Of a stretch of DNA of 64,000 nt, positions 39,527-49,597 are shown piece after piece. Position 1 is the first letter of the stretch. Each line of letters begins with the position of its first letter. A model generated the notes under the pieces. That model saw only the letters and a program-made list of their open reading frames with translations. It had not been told where the DNA came from and made no database searches. Source of the DNA: an uncultured Bifidobacteriaceae bacterium (GTDB lineage Bacteria; Actinomycetota; Actinomycetes; Actinomycetales; Bifidobacteriaceae); contig CAYVHC010000002.1 in the NCBI GenBank assembly GCA_964451025.1, forward strand, positions 10,077 through 74,076, in the 5' to 3' direction. Both the position numbers and the translations under genes were made by a program.

Positions 39527-39747
39527 CAACAAGCTCGTTGTGATTGCTCTGACGGCAACGCATGCGGATGCATGTTGCACATGCCTGGGGCGTCATGTTA
39601 CTAGCATGTGAATGGACATGGAAACGATGGTGTTGGCAAGAAGACTGTACACTGCATGAGTGGGATGATGCGCCGCTGGATGATACATCATGCTGGGCGG
39701 CACAGCATTGGCAGATGGAAGCATTGCGAAATGCCTGGTGGAGGTAC

Positions 39748-39800
39748 GACGGGTATCTGACGGGTATTTGACGGATGCTTGATGGATACTTGAGTAGACG
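39748..39800. repeat. 11-bp degenerate tandem repeat
   Basis: GACGGGTATCT GACGGGTATTT GACGGATGCTT GATGGATACTT. Confidence 0.7.
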
Positions 39801-40119
39801 ATAGGCAGATTTTGATAGATGGGTGGTTGGATGATGCCGGGAATGGTGCGTTGTGTGACACGCATGTCAGTGACGAACGTGTCGGCGGTGAATGCACTGG
39901 TTGTTCATGCCGATGAACTGAACTGATTGCCAATACAGGATGGCTGATGTAGCCATCCGGCTACCGGTCGGTCGATGCGGCCCTAGGGATGTCGATACAC
40001 TTCGAGGACCTCAGGAACCCCGGAGATTACAGGCAATTAGGGGGCAGACGGCTAATTCCAATTGGGTGACTGGGCGTCCGAACGATCGGGTATCGCCCGC
40101 GGTGACACGAAAGGTGATA

Positions 40120-42093
40120 ATGAGCGGATTCTTGATTGGCGGACTCGCAATTGCGATTGTGCTGTGCGTCGTCTTGCTGATTGTATGGGGAAGGTCCTCG
40201 CGGAATTCAGATTCCGCAGATGCCCCCCATCAGGATGCGCCGCACAGCGCGGCACAGACGGTTCATGCCGTTTCGGAGACATCCTTGGAATTCGCCTCGG
40301 AACACATGACCCACGACGCGTCGGATGGCGTTGTGGGGAGGGAACAGTGGGGGAAGGCGCCGGCGTCCATTGTGGAGTCCCAGACCGTTGATTTCCTTCC
40401 CGCTGACGACGACTCGTTGCGTGATGCGGAAAACAAGTGGGCGGAGACAATAGATTGGAAGATGGCTCCGGACACGACGAAGACGATCAAACCCGAGCCC
40501 GTCATCGTATACGATTCAGCGAAGATGCCATCCAAGCATGAGTCCGACTCACGTTCCGGATCGGCATGGCGCGGGAAAAAGGACGATCCAAAAAATGCTC
40601 GATCGGGAGAGGCCGATCTGCTGAAGCCGCGCTATTATGGCTCGGCGCCTCCTGATTTGAAATACCACACCAAGCACGGTGTGGGGCCTCGCGTGACGCG
40701 TAATGATCTGCGCGAGACCGTGAAAAATCCGGACATTCGTTATGCATCACGTGAGGGCGCCAAGGTGTCCGATCGTTTCGCTTCCGGACGTTTCGGCGAA
40801 GCCGGGGAGACGAAAACCCAGCGCATCGTGGATGAATGGGCAAAGACCCATCATGCGGTGGTCCGGCATGGATATTTCGTCAACAAACAGATAAAGGATT
40901 CGGATGTCGACCATATCATCGCTTTTGAATCCGATGGGGTCCAGCATGTGCTGTTGCTGGATTCGAAGAACTACGCTCCCGGAATCTACGACAAGGATCG
41001 CAGGTTGCTGGACCGGTCACAGACATGGGAACCGTTCATCCAGAGCAATTCGATGGAACTTGCCAGCAAACAGTTGGAAGTGACGTTGCTGGGGATGCCT
41101 TTCCGATCCAAGGTGTTGTGCTACACGGTTGTGTGGTGCAGTTCGAAGAAAGGCCAGGTCGTGCTGCGCGGGTATGAGAAAAGCGCCACGATTCCCATCA
41201 ACGGCGAGGAGCTGCCCCATTTGCTCGGAGGTTTTCCCGATGCCTCTGCTCCCAATGTGGGAGTTATTCGTGCGCTTGATTGGGCGTTCAGCCCGCGCGG
41301 CAAAGTCAAGAAGGCATGGAGCCTGGGAATGGAGAATGCGCAGCGGGAACAGCAGGGTGCACGGCGTCGCGAGCAGCAGCAGGGCGCCGATCGTCAGTCA
41401 CAAGAGGCAAACCACAGGTCGGCACGAGCACAAGGGTCTCGCCACCGGTCGAGCGAAGGAAAGCGGACCACGCAGATGGGCAATGCGGGTGCAGCCAATG
41501 TGACTTCTGCAGCGACTCCTAGCCATAAGGCACAGCCTTGCAAGGCTTCCACCCCTGCAGCTCCCGCCCATATGGCGCAGACTGGTGAGAAAACGGCACA
41601 GAGACAAGCGGGAACCAGCTCCTCTCAGCGCGATGGCGGTAGAAAAGGTAAGAAGGCGTCGTATTCCCGCAAGAAGGAGGAGAAGGCACTCTCTGCCGCA
41701 CAGCAGGTTTTCGGCACATTCAACGATGGGCTTGGAGCGATTCCGCAGTTCGCCGATGAGTCTCTCAATGATTCCAACGAGGGCGGCACGTCAATGGATT
41801 CCCATGAGACCCTGCGCCGCACCAAGGAATTCGAAAAGCACACTGAGCGGATGGTGCGCACAGTGAATGCCGGCCACATGGACCTAGGGCAGCAAGATTC
41901 ACTCCAGATGAATTCAGATAATGCGAATCCGGATACCGCGAATCCAAGCGTTGTCGATTCTGATGCTGCGAATCCGGATACCGTGAATCCGAATACCGTG
42001 AATCCGAATACCGCGGATTCACAGTTGCGTGACGGCAAGGTCTTCGATGGGCTCTCTGATGCCGATTCGTGGAGTGCCGCTGATTCGCAATAA
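40120..42093 (+). CDS. Membrane-anchored NERD (nuclease-related domain) protein
   Basis: N-terminal TM; GEAGE...DVDHII...LLLDSKNY; C-terminal NP(D/N)T pentapeptide repeats. Confidence 0.8.
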   Translation: MSGFLIGGLAIAIVLCVVLLIVWGRSSRNSDSADAPHQDAPHSAAQTVHAVSETSLEFASEHMTHDASDGVVGREQWGKAPASIVESQTVDFLPADDDSLRDAENKWAETIDWKMAPDTTKTIKPEPVIVYDSAKMPSKHESDSRSGSAWRGKKDDPKNARSGEADLLKPRYYGSAPPDLKYHTKHGVGPRVTRNDLRETVKNPDIRYASREGAKVSDRFASGRFGEAGETKTQRIVDEWAKTHHAVVRHGYFVNKQIKDSDVDHIIAFESDGVQHVLLLDSKNYAPGIYDKDRRLLDRSQTWEPFIQSNSMELASKQLEVTLLGMPFRSKVLCYTVVWCSSKKGQVVLRGYEKSATIPINGEELPHLLGGFPDASAPNVGVIRALDWAFSPRGKVKKAWSLGMENAQREQQGARRREQQQGADRQSQEANHRSARAQGSRHRSSEGKRTTQMGNAGAANVTSAATPSHKAQPCKASTPAAPAHMAQTGEKTAQRQAGTSSSQRDGGRKGKKASYSRKKEEKALSAAQQVFGTFNDGLGAIPQFADESLNDSNEGGTSMDSHETLRRTKEFEKHTERMVRTVNAGHMDLGQQDSLQMNSDNANPDTANPSVVDSDAANPDTVNPNTVNPNTADSQLRDGKVFDGLSDADSWSAADSQ

Positions 42094-42236
42094 TCCCAGT
42101 GGCTTGCGCAGTCCTGTTTGGCGTGGGGATTATTGGCATGGCGGTTTTGCCTGGTGATTTGTGACGCAGCGATCTATGACCCGGTGATCTGTGGCGCAGT
42201 CCATGCATCGTGCGCAACCGCATCTACATGCGTGCA

Positions 42237-42290
42237 ATAAGCATTATCTAGAACGCTCCCGCCGAGTCATGGGGCCAGGGTGCCTAGCGT
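42237..42290 (+). promoter_or_regulatory. Putative activator site and -10 box of the alpha-hydroxy acid oxidase gene
   Basis: ATAAG(42237)-N7-TAGAAC; TAGCGT at 42285. Confidence 0.5.
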
Positions 42291-42329
42291 GGTGCCTGTT
42301 GCAGAAAACATGAAGGAACGGAGGCAGTG

Positions 42330-43400
42330 ATGGACTGGAACACAGTTCATGACAAGGCGAAGAGCGTGATGAGCGATGCGGGATTGGCGTACGAGGACGG
42401 CAACGCCGATATCGCTTCAGGACAGGCGGACTATGACACGCTTGCTTGGCGTCGCTTTGGCATCCTGCCCCGCATGTTCCAGGATGTCAGCTCCATAGAC
42501 ACCAGCGTCACCATCGGAGACCAGACGCTGCCCACTCCGCTGTTCGGTTCGCCGACCGCCTATCATCGTCTGGCAAGCGCTGATGGCGAGATCACCTCGC
42601 AGAATGGCATGAGCCGCGTGGGAAGCTTCATCGTCTACCCGACGAACGCGTCCGAACCGGTCGAACGCTTCGCCAAGGAATCACACGGCGCTTGGTGGCA
42701 GCAGGTGTATCTGTTCGATGACCGCGCCACCACTGAGGCGTTCCTCGAACGCTCCCTTGCTCAAGGTCCCTCTGCGCTCATGCTGACGCTCGATTGCCCC
42801 GGTTACAAGCGTGATTTCGGTTTCCGCAACGGAATCGACGGCACGCATGAGGGTGAGAGCGGCAACTTCCCTTCGATGCACATGACCGATTGGACGCTCA
42901 ACCTCGCCACGCACATCACCGTGGACGACATCAAGCGCCTCATCGAACTGTCCGGTCTGCCCGTCTATGTCAAGGGCGTGATGCGTCCCTCCGATGCCAT
43001 TGACGCAATGGAGGCGGGCGCTGCCGGCGTCATGGTGTCGAACCATGGTAGGCGTCAGGTGGATGGCGTCGTGCCGGTCGCCTATGCGCTGCCCAAGATT
43101 CGCGAGGCGCTCGGACCGGATGCTACGATTCTTGCGGATACTGGCATCCGCACGGGTGGCGACGTGTTCCGCGCCCTTGCCCTTGGTGCCAATGCCGTGG
43201 GATTGGGCCGTCCGATTCAATGGGCTGCGGCTGCAGGTGGCGAGGATGGCATCGTGGCGATGATTGATCGCATCACCGATGAGCTTGCGCATACGATGAA
43301 CTCCGCGGGAGTGGCGCATGTGGAAGATATCGATCCCAGCTTCCTTGTGCCCGAGCAGGGTCCCGCAGCCATCGCGGCGCTGGGGCAGACGCTGCGCTAG
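42330..43400 (+). CDS. FMN-dependent alpha-hydroxy acid oxidase/dehydrogenase
   Basis: SPTAYH, QVY, LTLD, VKGVM, VSNHGRRQVD, DTGIRTGGDV, LGRP. Confidence 0.92.
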   Translation: MDWNTVHDKAKSVMSDAGLAYEDGNADIASGQADYDTLAWRRFGILPRMFQDVSSIDTSVTIGDQTLPTPLFGSPTAYHRLASADGEITSQNGMSRVGSFIVYPTNASEPVERFAKESHGAWWQQVYLFDDRATTEAFLERSLAQGPSALMLTLDCPGYKRDFGFRNGIDGTHEGESGNFPSMHMTDWTLNLATHITVDDIKRLIELSGLPVYVKGVMRPSDAIDAMEAGAAGVMVSNHGRRQVDGVVPVAYALPKIREALGPDATILADTGIRTGGDVFRALALGANAVGLGRPIQWAAAAGGEDGIVAMIDRITDELAHTMNSAGVAHVEDIDPSFLVPEQGPAAIAALGQTLR

Positions 43401-43436
43401 GTTTTGGCGCTAAGACTTGGTGCCAAAACCTAGCGC
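43394..43436. terminator. Hairpin between convergent genes
   Basis: GCGCTAGGTTTTGGCGC / GTGCCAAAACCTAGCGC. Confidence 0.75.
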
Positions 43437-43468
43437 CAAAACCGTGACCGCGATGCGCTGTCCGGCAT

Positions 43469-44578
43469 TCACAGCGGGATGGCTGGCACTCCAGACGAAG
43501 CCTTGTGAAACAAGGTACCCGGCGCCGTGCGCGACGCCGCGGCATCCTGGTGCTGCTCCGAATCATTGGCGGCGGAATCCTTGGCAGCGCTTGCATCGCC
43601 TGACGTGAACCACATCGTCGTATAGGGCATGAGTGCGCTGGCGTTCGAAGAACCAATCTGGAACGTCGCCTCGCATGTCTGGCCGGTCTCAATCGGTCCC
43701 ATGCAATGTGCGGTGTCCTGCTTGAGCACATCACCGTTGCGTGACAGCGCGGTGATGGCGATGTCGGCATACAGGATCGTTTCGTCGGTGTTGTTGCGCA
43801 GGGTCATCTTTCCGTTGTAATAGCCATAGGCGTGGTTGTCGATTGTCACTGATTCAATCGCCAGCGATTGCGCGCTGTCTGTGTCGGTGAGCGCGTTGTT
43901 GTGCTGCACCGTCTCTCCCGTGAGGTTGGAGCCGGTGAACAGCACCGCCTGTGGCAAGCTTGTCAGAGAAAGACCTGACAGGCTGGGCGATGGCGTCGAT
44001 GACGGCTGTGTGGCAATCGAAGAGCCGGACGAATCAGCGGAATCAGAGCCGGAGAATGCCACGCCTGTGCTGGATGCCGCGTTTTGGGTGGATGCTGCAT
44101 TCGCGTTGGATGTGAGGCCGGGCGCCGACAGTCCCTTGGTGAACGAGACAACGCGTCCGTTCCGTGTCCATTCGCCGTTTTCGAGCACCCATGTGCGGTT
44201 GAAAATGAACGAGGGTGTTGAGGACAACAATCCGTAGGCGGTCGTGCCAATACATGCCAGGATTGCGACGGTGCACGTCACGGCGGTGATGATGCTGAGT
44301 GTGGATGGTGCCGGTGATTCTGCAGCAAAACGGCGTCGCTGCGAGTCCAAAACAATCGACCGCACTGCGCACAGTGCGCCAGTCGCGATAATGAGGATAG
44401 CCACCAAGCTGAGCGCATTCAGTTCCTGCAACACGCTTATCGCGATTCCCGTGAGCGCAAGAACCAAGCCTATGGCGGCGGCGATGCGCGACTTGATGCC
44501 GAGAGCATGGTATAGCGATGCGTCGTCTTCGGCGGCGTTGCGGTGATGTCGCAATGATGTGTGACTGATGAAGGACAT
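43469..44578 (-). CDS. Membrane protein with C-terminal FxLYD-like Ig-fold domain
   Basis: Three TM helices, Ser-rich linker, LRNNTD...ALSRNGDVL...IETGQT pattern. Confidence 0.7.
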   Translation of the reverse strand: MSFISHTSLRHHRNAAEDDASLYHALGIKSRIAAAIGLVLALTGIAISVLQELNALSLVAILIIATGALCAVRSIVLDSQRRRFAAESPAPSTLSIITAVTCTVAILACIGTTAYGLLSSTPSFIFNRTWVLENGEWTRNGRVVSFTKGLSAPGLTSNANAASTQNAASSTGVAFSGSDSADSSGSSIATQPSSTPSPSLSGLSLTSLPQAVLFTGSNLTGETVQHNNALTDTDSAQSLAIESVTIDNHAYGYYNGKMTLRNNTDETILYADIAITALSRNGDVLKQDTAHCMGPIETGQTCEATFQIGSSNASALMPYTTMWFTSGDASAAKDSAANDSEQHQDAAASRTAPGTLFHKASSGVPAIPL

Positions 44579-44904
44579 GGGCTGCGCTCCTGAATTACGG
44601 TGCTTCTTCTCGCCATCCTACTAGTGCTGCTGTGCACGCGGCTAGCGCTGGCGAGTGTCTGCTGCGCTCCTCCGGCCCGTCGCCCCGTGCCTGCATTGCA
44701 CCAGAAACCTTGTACCCGTGGGCGAACCGATATGTGCTTGTCCGTGACGCTTCCCTCAACGCTGCGGCACGAGCACACTGCCGTGGATGCAGTGTGAGCC
44801 ACAGGCAATGGTGAGGGAGAACGGCCTGGAGGTTTGCGATAACGGAGGGGACCGTGACAGAGATGAGGATCGCAATCGCAAGAAATAGGTACAGAACAGT
44901 GGGA

Positions 44905-45045
44905 AAGGAGAGAAGAGGAGAGAAGGAATAAGCGGAAAAGACGAGAAAGACGAAAAAGACGGAAAAGACGAGAGAGACAAAAGAGAAACAATAAAGAAAG
45001 ATGCCAAGCAAGAAGGCATGAGGGAGATACAAAAAGGAAGAGAAG
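44905..45045. repeat. Purine-rich 9-bp tandem repeat
   Basis: GAAAAGACG AGAAAGACG AAAAAGACG GAAAAGACG. Confidence 0.75.
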
Positions 45046-45211
45046 ACCGCATCGGCATCTATGCGCTCCACTGGCATTTGTGACACCGTGTTGAAAACCC
45101 TGTGTTTTGCGATGCGTGCATTACTATAAATTCTGTATTGGCCCTACCGCTTCTCGCATTCGACTGACTCGCTCAGCAACGGATGCGAGGCGGCTGTCGC
45201 GAGGAAGCACA

Positions 45212-47185
45212 ATGGATCATCGGATTCTCATAGGCGTGGTGGCGCTGCTGTTGCTGTGTGCTATTGCCGTGTCCGATGTGCGGCATGTCATCCGGAAACG
45301 CGAGGCTCGGCGCTTAAAGGAGGAGAAGCGCCAACGCGACCGTGCGGCGCACAATCTTCCCCCGTCGTCCAGCAAACATGGCGCTCATGCGCAAAGGCCT
45401 GAGCATGCCCAGCCTGAACGTGTGGCACGACATGCGCCCGGTACGGTGCCCAATGCAGCAGTGGATAACGCAACGGATGGCATGATGGCGGCAATGGTCC
45501 CCAGCGGCCGGCGTCACGATAGTCACATGCAAGACGGTTCACGTATGGGGAACCAGGCATTGGCAGACCAAGGCTACGAAATTCCAGCATCGGGACCCCG
45601 CAGCGGCATTGCGCGCCACGGGGAAGTCAAGCGCGTGCCTGCACATGCGCCGACGACGCATCAATCGGGCCGACGGATGGTCCAATCCTCTGTAAGCGAA
45701 GGTCGTGAGGGGCGTCTTGGCGGCATGGCGTGGACTCCTTTTGCGCCGCCTGCACCGCCTGCGCCTCCGGTTCCGCCTGTTGCATCGGCGTCTTCTGCGC
45801 CGATGCAGGCTGCATCGCGGCATGGTGCACAGGCTGCGGCGCGAACGGCAGCGTCGTCTGCAATGGCTGGTTCGCAGACTGGTGCGGCGGCATCGCAGGC
45901 TGGTGCGCCGGCATTTCGGGCAGGCTCTCCGGAGTATATTCGCGGAAGAATCTGGGGTGACGATATCGATCCGCAGGTTGCAAACAGTATGCTCGGCAAC
46001 TGGCCTCAGTATCATCGTGAACCGGTCATGCCGGGTCATTCGATTTCCGATTGGCCTGTGAACAGAACTCATGGGAAGACAGCGGTTCAAGGATCCTCCG
46101 ACGCCTATCCGGCAGCAGAGCAGCCGACACCGTATCGCACTGTCGACTATGCCATGTCTTCCGGGAATGAGTCTGATGGGCAACTCGTGCCTCTCGTCGT
46201 GTCGGGAACGGTCTATGCGGGTGAGATGTGGACGCCGCAAGGGAACGACAGCGCTGACACCAATGTGAGTGATGCTTTTGCTGATAGCGCAACTGGCAAT
46301 GGTGCGAACAGTGGTAGTAATGGCGGTGTTGACGGCAATCGTGAACAGGGAAACGGCATCAGCGCGACAGCCCATCAATCGGCTGTTGCGCTCAACTCCT
46401 CGAATTATCTTGCCAATGACGAAACTGCGGAAGAAACGATTGCAGATGAGACCACCACGGCCGGTGCAATGTCAGGCTATGCACTCTCTGGCAATGCGAT
46501 TGCTCACAGCGCCGCCCATGGCAGTCAGGCGGCCTATGGGATCGATGCAGGAATCGGAAGCGGTGTTGCACGTGGAACGCGCAAGGATGCCTCGTCAAAC
46601 AGTATTCCTGCAAGCGATAAGGCTGCTGTGCGTTCTCGGGACGCCGCTGCTTTGCGCATTGATGCGCATTATCGGCTGTCCCGTCTGCCGGCGGATTACC
46701 ATGTGTTCAATGACGCATCGCTGCCATTGGATGGCGGGACGCTGGATTTCGACCAGTTGGTGATATCCACATCCGGTGTGTTCATCGTCTCGTTCATGCC
46801 TCTTGATGGCAGCGTTTATGGTGACGGGCGAAGCCCGAATTGGGCTGTCGTGCCTTACGGCTCGCCGGTCACCCCTGATGAGGCGCGCGCCTGCGCACAG
46901 GGTGTGGCGGCAACCGTGCCCCAAGGCATGCAGCTCATCGCCAACCCTGCGCGCCGTAACGAGTGGCTCGTTGATGGCACGGCGCGCATGATGGGCCTGC
47001 CCGCCGATGTGTTCCATTGCGCGGTGCTTGTGCCTCCCACTGCCCGCCTGTACCTTGACAACGCAGGCCTTGCCATCACGCCCACACAGGAGGAGGGGTG
47101 GATTTTATCCACGACGCCATCAGCGCTGGAAGCGGAGTACGTCGCCGATTTGGCAAACGCCCTTGATGAGTATCTGACAAGCTGA
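45212..47185 (+). CDS. Membrane-anchored protein with C-terminal degenerate NERD domain
   Basis: N-terminal TM, long Pro/Ala-rich linker, YHVFND...DFDQLVISTSGVFIV...GSVYG...NP. Confidence 0.78.
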   Translation: MDHRILIGVVALLLLCAIAVSDVRHVIRKREARRLKEEKRQRDRAAHNLPPSSSKHGAHAQRPEHAQPERVARHAPGTVPNAAVDNATDGMMAAMVPSGRRHDSHMQDGSRMGNQALADQGYEIPASGPRSGIARHGEVKRVPAHAPTTHQSGRRMVQSSVSEGREGRLGGMAWTPFAPPAPPAPPVPPVASASSAPMQAASRHGAQAAARTAASSAMAGSQTGAAASQAGAPAFRAGSPEYIRGRIWGDDIDPQVANSMLGNWPQYHREPVMPGHSISDWPVNRTHGKTAVQGSSDAYPAAEQPTPYRTVDYAMSSGNESDGQLVPLVVSGTVYAGEMWTPQGNDSADTNVSDAFADSATGNGANSGSNGGVDGNREQGNGISATAHQSAVALNSSNYLANDETAEETIADETTTAGAMSGYALSGNAIAHSAAHGSQAAYGIDAGIGSGVARGTRKDASSNSIPASDKAAVRSRDAAALRIDAHYRLSRLPADYHVFNDASLPLDGGTLDFDQLVISTSGVFIVSFMPLDGSVYGDGRSPNWAVVPYGSPVTPDEARACAQGVAATVPQGMQLIANPARRNEWLVDGTARMMGLPADVFHCAVLVPPTARLYLDNAGLAITPTQEEGWILSTTPSALEAEYVADLANALDEYLTS

Positions 47186-47217
47186 TTCTCACCGTTCGCT
47201 TAGGCCTCTTAGGCCTG

Positions 47218-49284
47218 CTAGGCTGCCGTCACATCACCGTGTGCCAGCACAAGCACTTGGTACGGTTTGAGCGTGCCATCGAACGGCTTGCCGCTGATGA
47301 GATCCGTCGTGCCGTCGAAGCCCGGCAGGGCATCCTCGGCTGCGCTGTTGTGATAGACAAGCGTGACTTTTGCTCCGTCGTCTATGCGCTCGGCAAGATG
47401 TTCCAGTCGCTTCGCGTCAGTTTCCGTCCGATAGGCGAATTCCCGCGGTGTCGCAAGATCGAGGTCATCATCTGTCGCAACCGTGCTCTTCGTTATGGCG
47501 ACCACGCCCTTGTCGTCATCCGCGAAGGATGAGATGACGGCGCCGGTGCAAATCGCCGGCACACGCTTGCGCAGCTGGATGAGACGGTGATACCAGTCGA
47601 ATGTCGCTTCATCCTGATGGGCACGGTCCCATGCCATGCCGCGGCGGCAATCCGGATCGTTGTCGCCGGTCATGCCGTATTCATCGCCGTAATACACCAT
47701 CGGCATGCCGGAGGAGAGCAGTTGGATGCCCGCGGCAAGGCGATGCTTGGCATCGTCATCGCCGCATAGCCTTTTGAAACGAGGGGTGTCGTGGCTGTCG
47801 AGCAGATTCCACATCACCGGCCAGGCGTTGGGATGCAGATTGCCTTTCATGAATCCAATCTGGTCGAGGAATTCCGATGCCGATATCTCGCCCGATGCCA
47901 CGAACCGGCGCACCGACTTGAGGAAGTGATAGTTCATGACGGTGTCCCATTCATCACCTTCAAGGAAGTCGAACGCCGGATGCCACACTTCCGCTCCGAT
48001 GATCGCTTCGGGGTTGGTGTTGCGCACAGCGCGGCGTAGACGCTTCCAGAAAATATGGTCGATTTCGTCGCCCACGTCCATGCGCCAACCATCCACGCCG
48101 GCCTCTGAGATCCAATGGCACACCACGTTGATGAAGTAATCCTGCACTTCGGGGTTCGTCATGTTGAGCTTGGGCATGTAACCGAAGTATGCGAATGTCT
48201 TGTAGTTCGGCATGCCTGCCGCGTTCTCCTCCTGCTCTGGGGAGTCGATGGGCGTGAGCGGCCAGTCATCAAGCCAATACCAATTCCAGTATCGTGAATC
48301 GCGGCCTTTCTCCAACACGTCGCGGAATGCGAAGAAATCGCGGGACGTGTGGTTGAACACGCCATCGAGAATCACCTTGATGTCTCGCTTGTGAGCCTGC
48401 TCCACCAATTCCTTGAGGTCATCCTCCGTGCCCAGCGATGGGTCGATGTGCAGGTAATCGATCGTGTCATATTTATGAGGCGAAGGAGAGACGAAGATGG
48501 GATTGAGATACAGCATGCCGGCGCCGAGTTCCTGGATGTGGGGCAGGGCTTGGATGATGCCCCGCAGGTTCCCATGCAGGTTCATCTTGCCGGTTGCCGG
48601 CACCTGATGCCATTGGGGATTGCGCGAGGCGGTTTCGGCAAGAGCGCCTCGCGCGGCCTGCGCCTCGTCATGCAAGGATGCAGCGGAAGGAGAGTCTGCG
48701 GGGAGAGAAACGGCATCGTCATTGGCGACAGCGAATGCCGTGGGGAACACCTGGTAGATCACGCGGTTGCGTGCCCAGTCAGGGGTGTCGAAGAGCATGT
48801 CTTCTCGCAGTGTCTGTGGGCAATCGAACATCCTCTCCGGATCCGTCGGAGGCTGGGAAGAGAACTGATAATCGCCGTAATACAGCGTGGAACCGTCTTT
48901 TCCATGCAGTTCGAAGTAATACCGTAGGCAGATCACGTTGATGTCCAGTTGCACTTCGAAATAATCATGGATGCCGTCGGTTGCGAAACGGCGCATGCTG
49001 TAAGAAGCGGCGGTGCTCCAGCGTCCGAAGAACGGGAATCCCTGCGGCGGGGATGGCCGTTTCTCCTGCGGCATCCGCAGCCGGTCCTCGCAGTAGTAAT
49101 GCAGGTATTTGTCTTCCGTGTGCAGTGTCACGGATTCAATGTCGTTCGCGCTTGTCTGGATTCTGATGGCGAATCGGGCAAAGCTGTCCTCAGGGTTTGT
49201 GCTTGACGCGCCGCATGATTTGCTGGTGCTCAGGGCGAAACAGAAGCGGTGATCCATGTCATGGCGGATTCCGGAAAGATCCAT
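47218..49284 (-). CDS. GH13 alpha-glycosidase (neopullulanase/cyclomaltodextrinase type)
   Basis: YLNPIF, HKYDTIDY, DGVFNH, GWRMDVGDE, AEVW, LDSHD, YYGDE, DPDCRR. Confidence 0.93.
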   Translation of the reverse strand: MDLSGIRHDMDHRFCFALSTSKSCGASSTNPEDSFARFAIRIQTSANDIESVTLHTEDKYLHYYCEDRLRMPQEKRPSPPQGFPFFGRWSTAASYSMRRFATDGIHDYFEVQLDINVICLRYYFELHGKDGSTLYYGDYQFSSQPPTDPERMFDCPQTLREDMLFDTPDWARNRVIYQVFPTAFAVANDDAVSLPADSPSAASLHDEAQAARGALAETASRNPQWHQVPATGKMNLHGNLRGIIQALPHIQELGAGMLYLNPIFVSPSPHKYDTIDYLHIDPSLGTEDDLKELVEQAHKRDIKVILDGVFNHTSRDFFAFRDVLEKGRDSRYWNWYWLDDWPLTPIDSPEQEENAAGMPNYKTFAYFGYMPKLNMTNPEVQDYFINVVCHWISEAGVDGWRMDVGDEIDHIFWKRLRRAVRNTNPEAIIGAEVWHPAFDFLEGDEWDTVMNYHFLKSVRRFVASGEISASEFLDQIGFMKGNLHPNAWPVMWNLLDSHDTPRFKRLCGDDDAKHRLAAGIQLLSSGMPMVYYGDEYGMTGDNDPDCRRGMAWDRAHQDEATFDWYHRLIQLRKRVPAICTGAVISSFADDDKGVVAITKSTVATDDDLDLATPREFAYRTETDAKRLEHLAERIDDGAKVTLVYHNSAAEDALPGFDGTTDLISGKPFDGTLKPYQVLVLAHGDVTAA

Positions 49285-49522
49285 CTATGGCTCCTTTAGG
49301 CTGCATGATCGCATGCGTCATGGTCGCATACGTGTGGTGTTTCTCACGCGTGTGATGCTGCCCATGTGTGCAGCATTGGGGTGCAGCATCGTGTGTGCAG
49401 CATCGGGTGTGGCATGTGGCATCGGTGTGGAACAGTACTATGATATGGCAATTCGTCTGTGTGGCGGGCTTGTGTGGCGGTCCCTCCGCAATCGTCGTTG
49501 TCCTTTGCAATTGCCATTGTCA

Positions 49523-49597
49523 TGTGGAAAACCGTGATTTTATCCACAATGGCAACGAAGTGTCCACATTCGCCATGGGGTTTTCCACTTATCCTCA
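49523..49597. promoter_or_regulatory. Cluster of five DnaA-box-like 9-mers
   Basis: TGTGGAAAA 49523, TTATCCACA 49540, GTGTCCACA 49560, TTTTCCACT 49581, TTATCCTCA 49589. Confidence 0.6.

Noticed and set aside
49523-49597. Chromosomal oriC
   Set aside because: No dnaA, dnaN, rpmH or gyrB neighbours and no clear AT-rich unwinding element; kept only as a DnaA-box cluster
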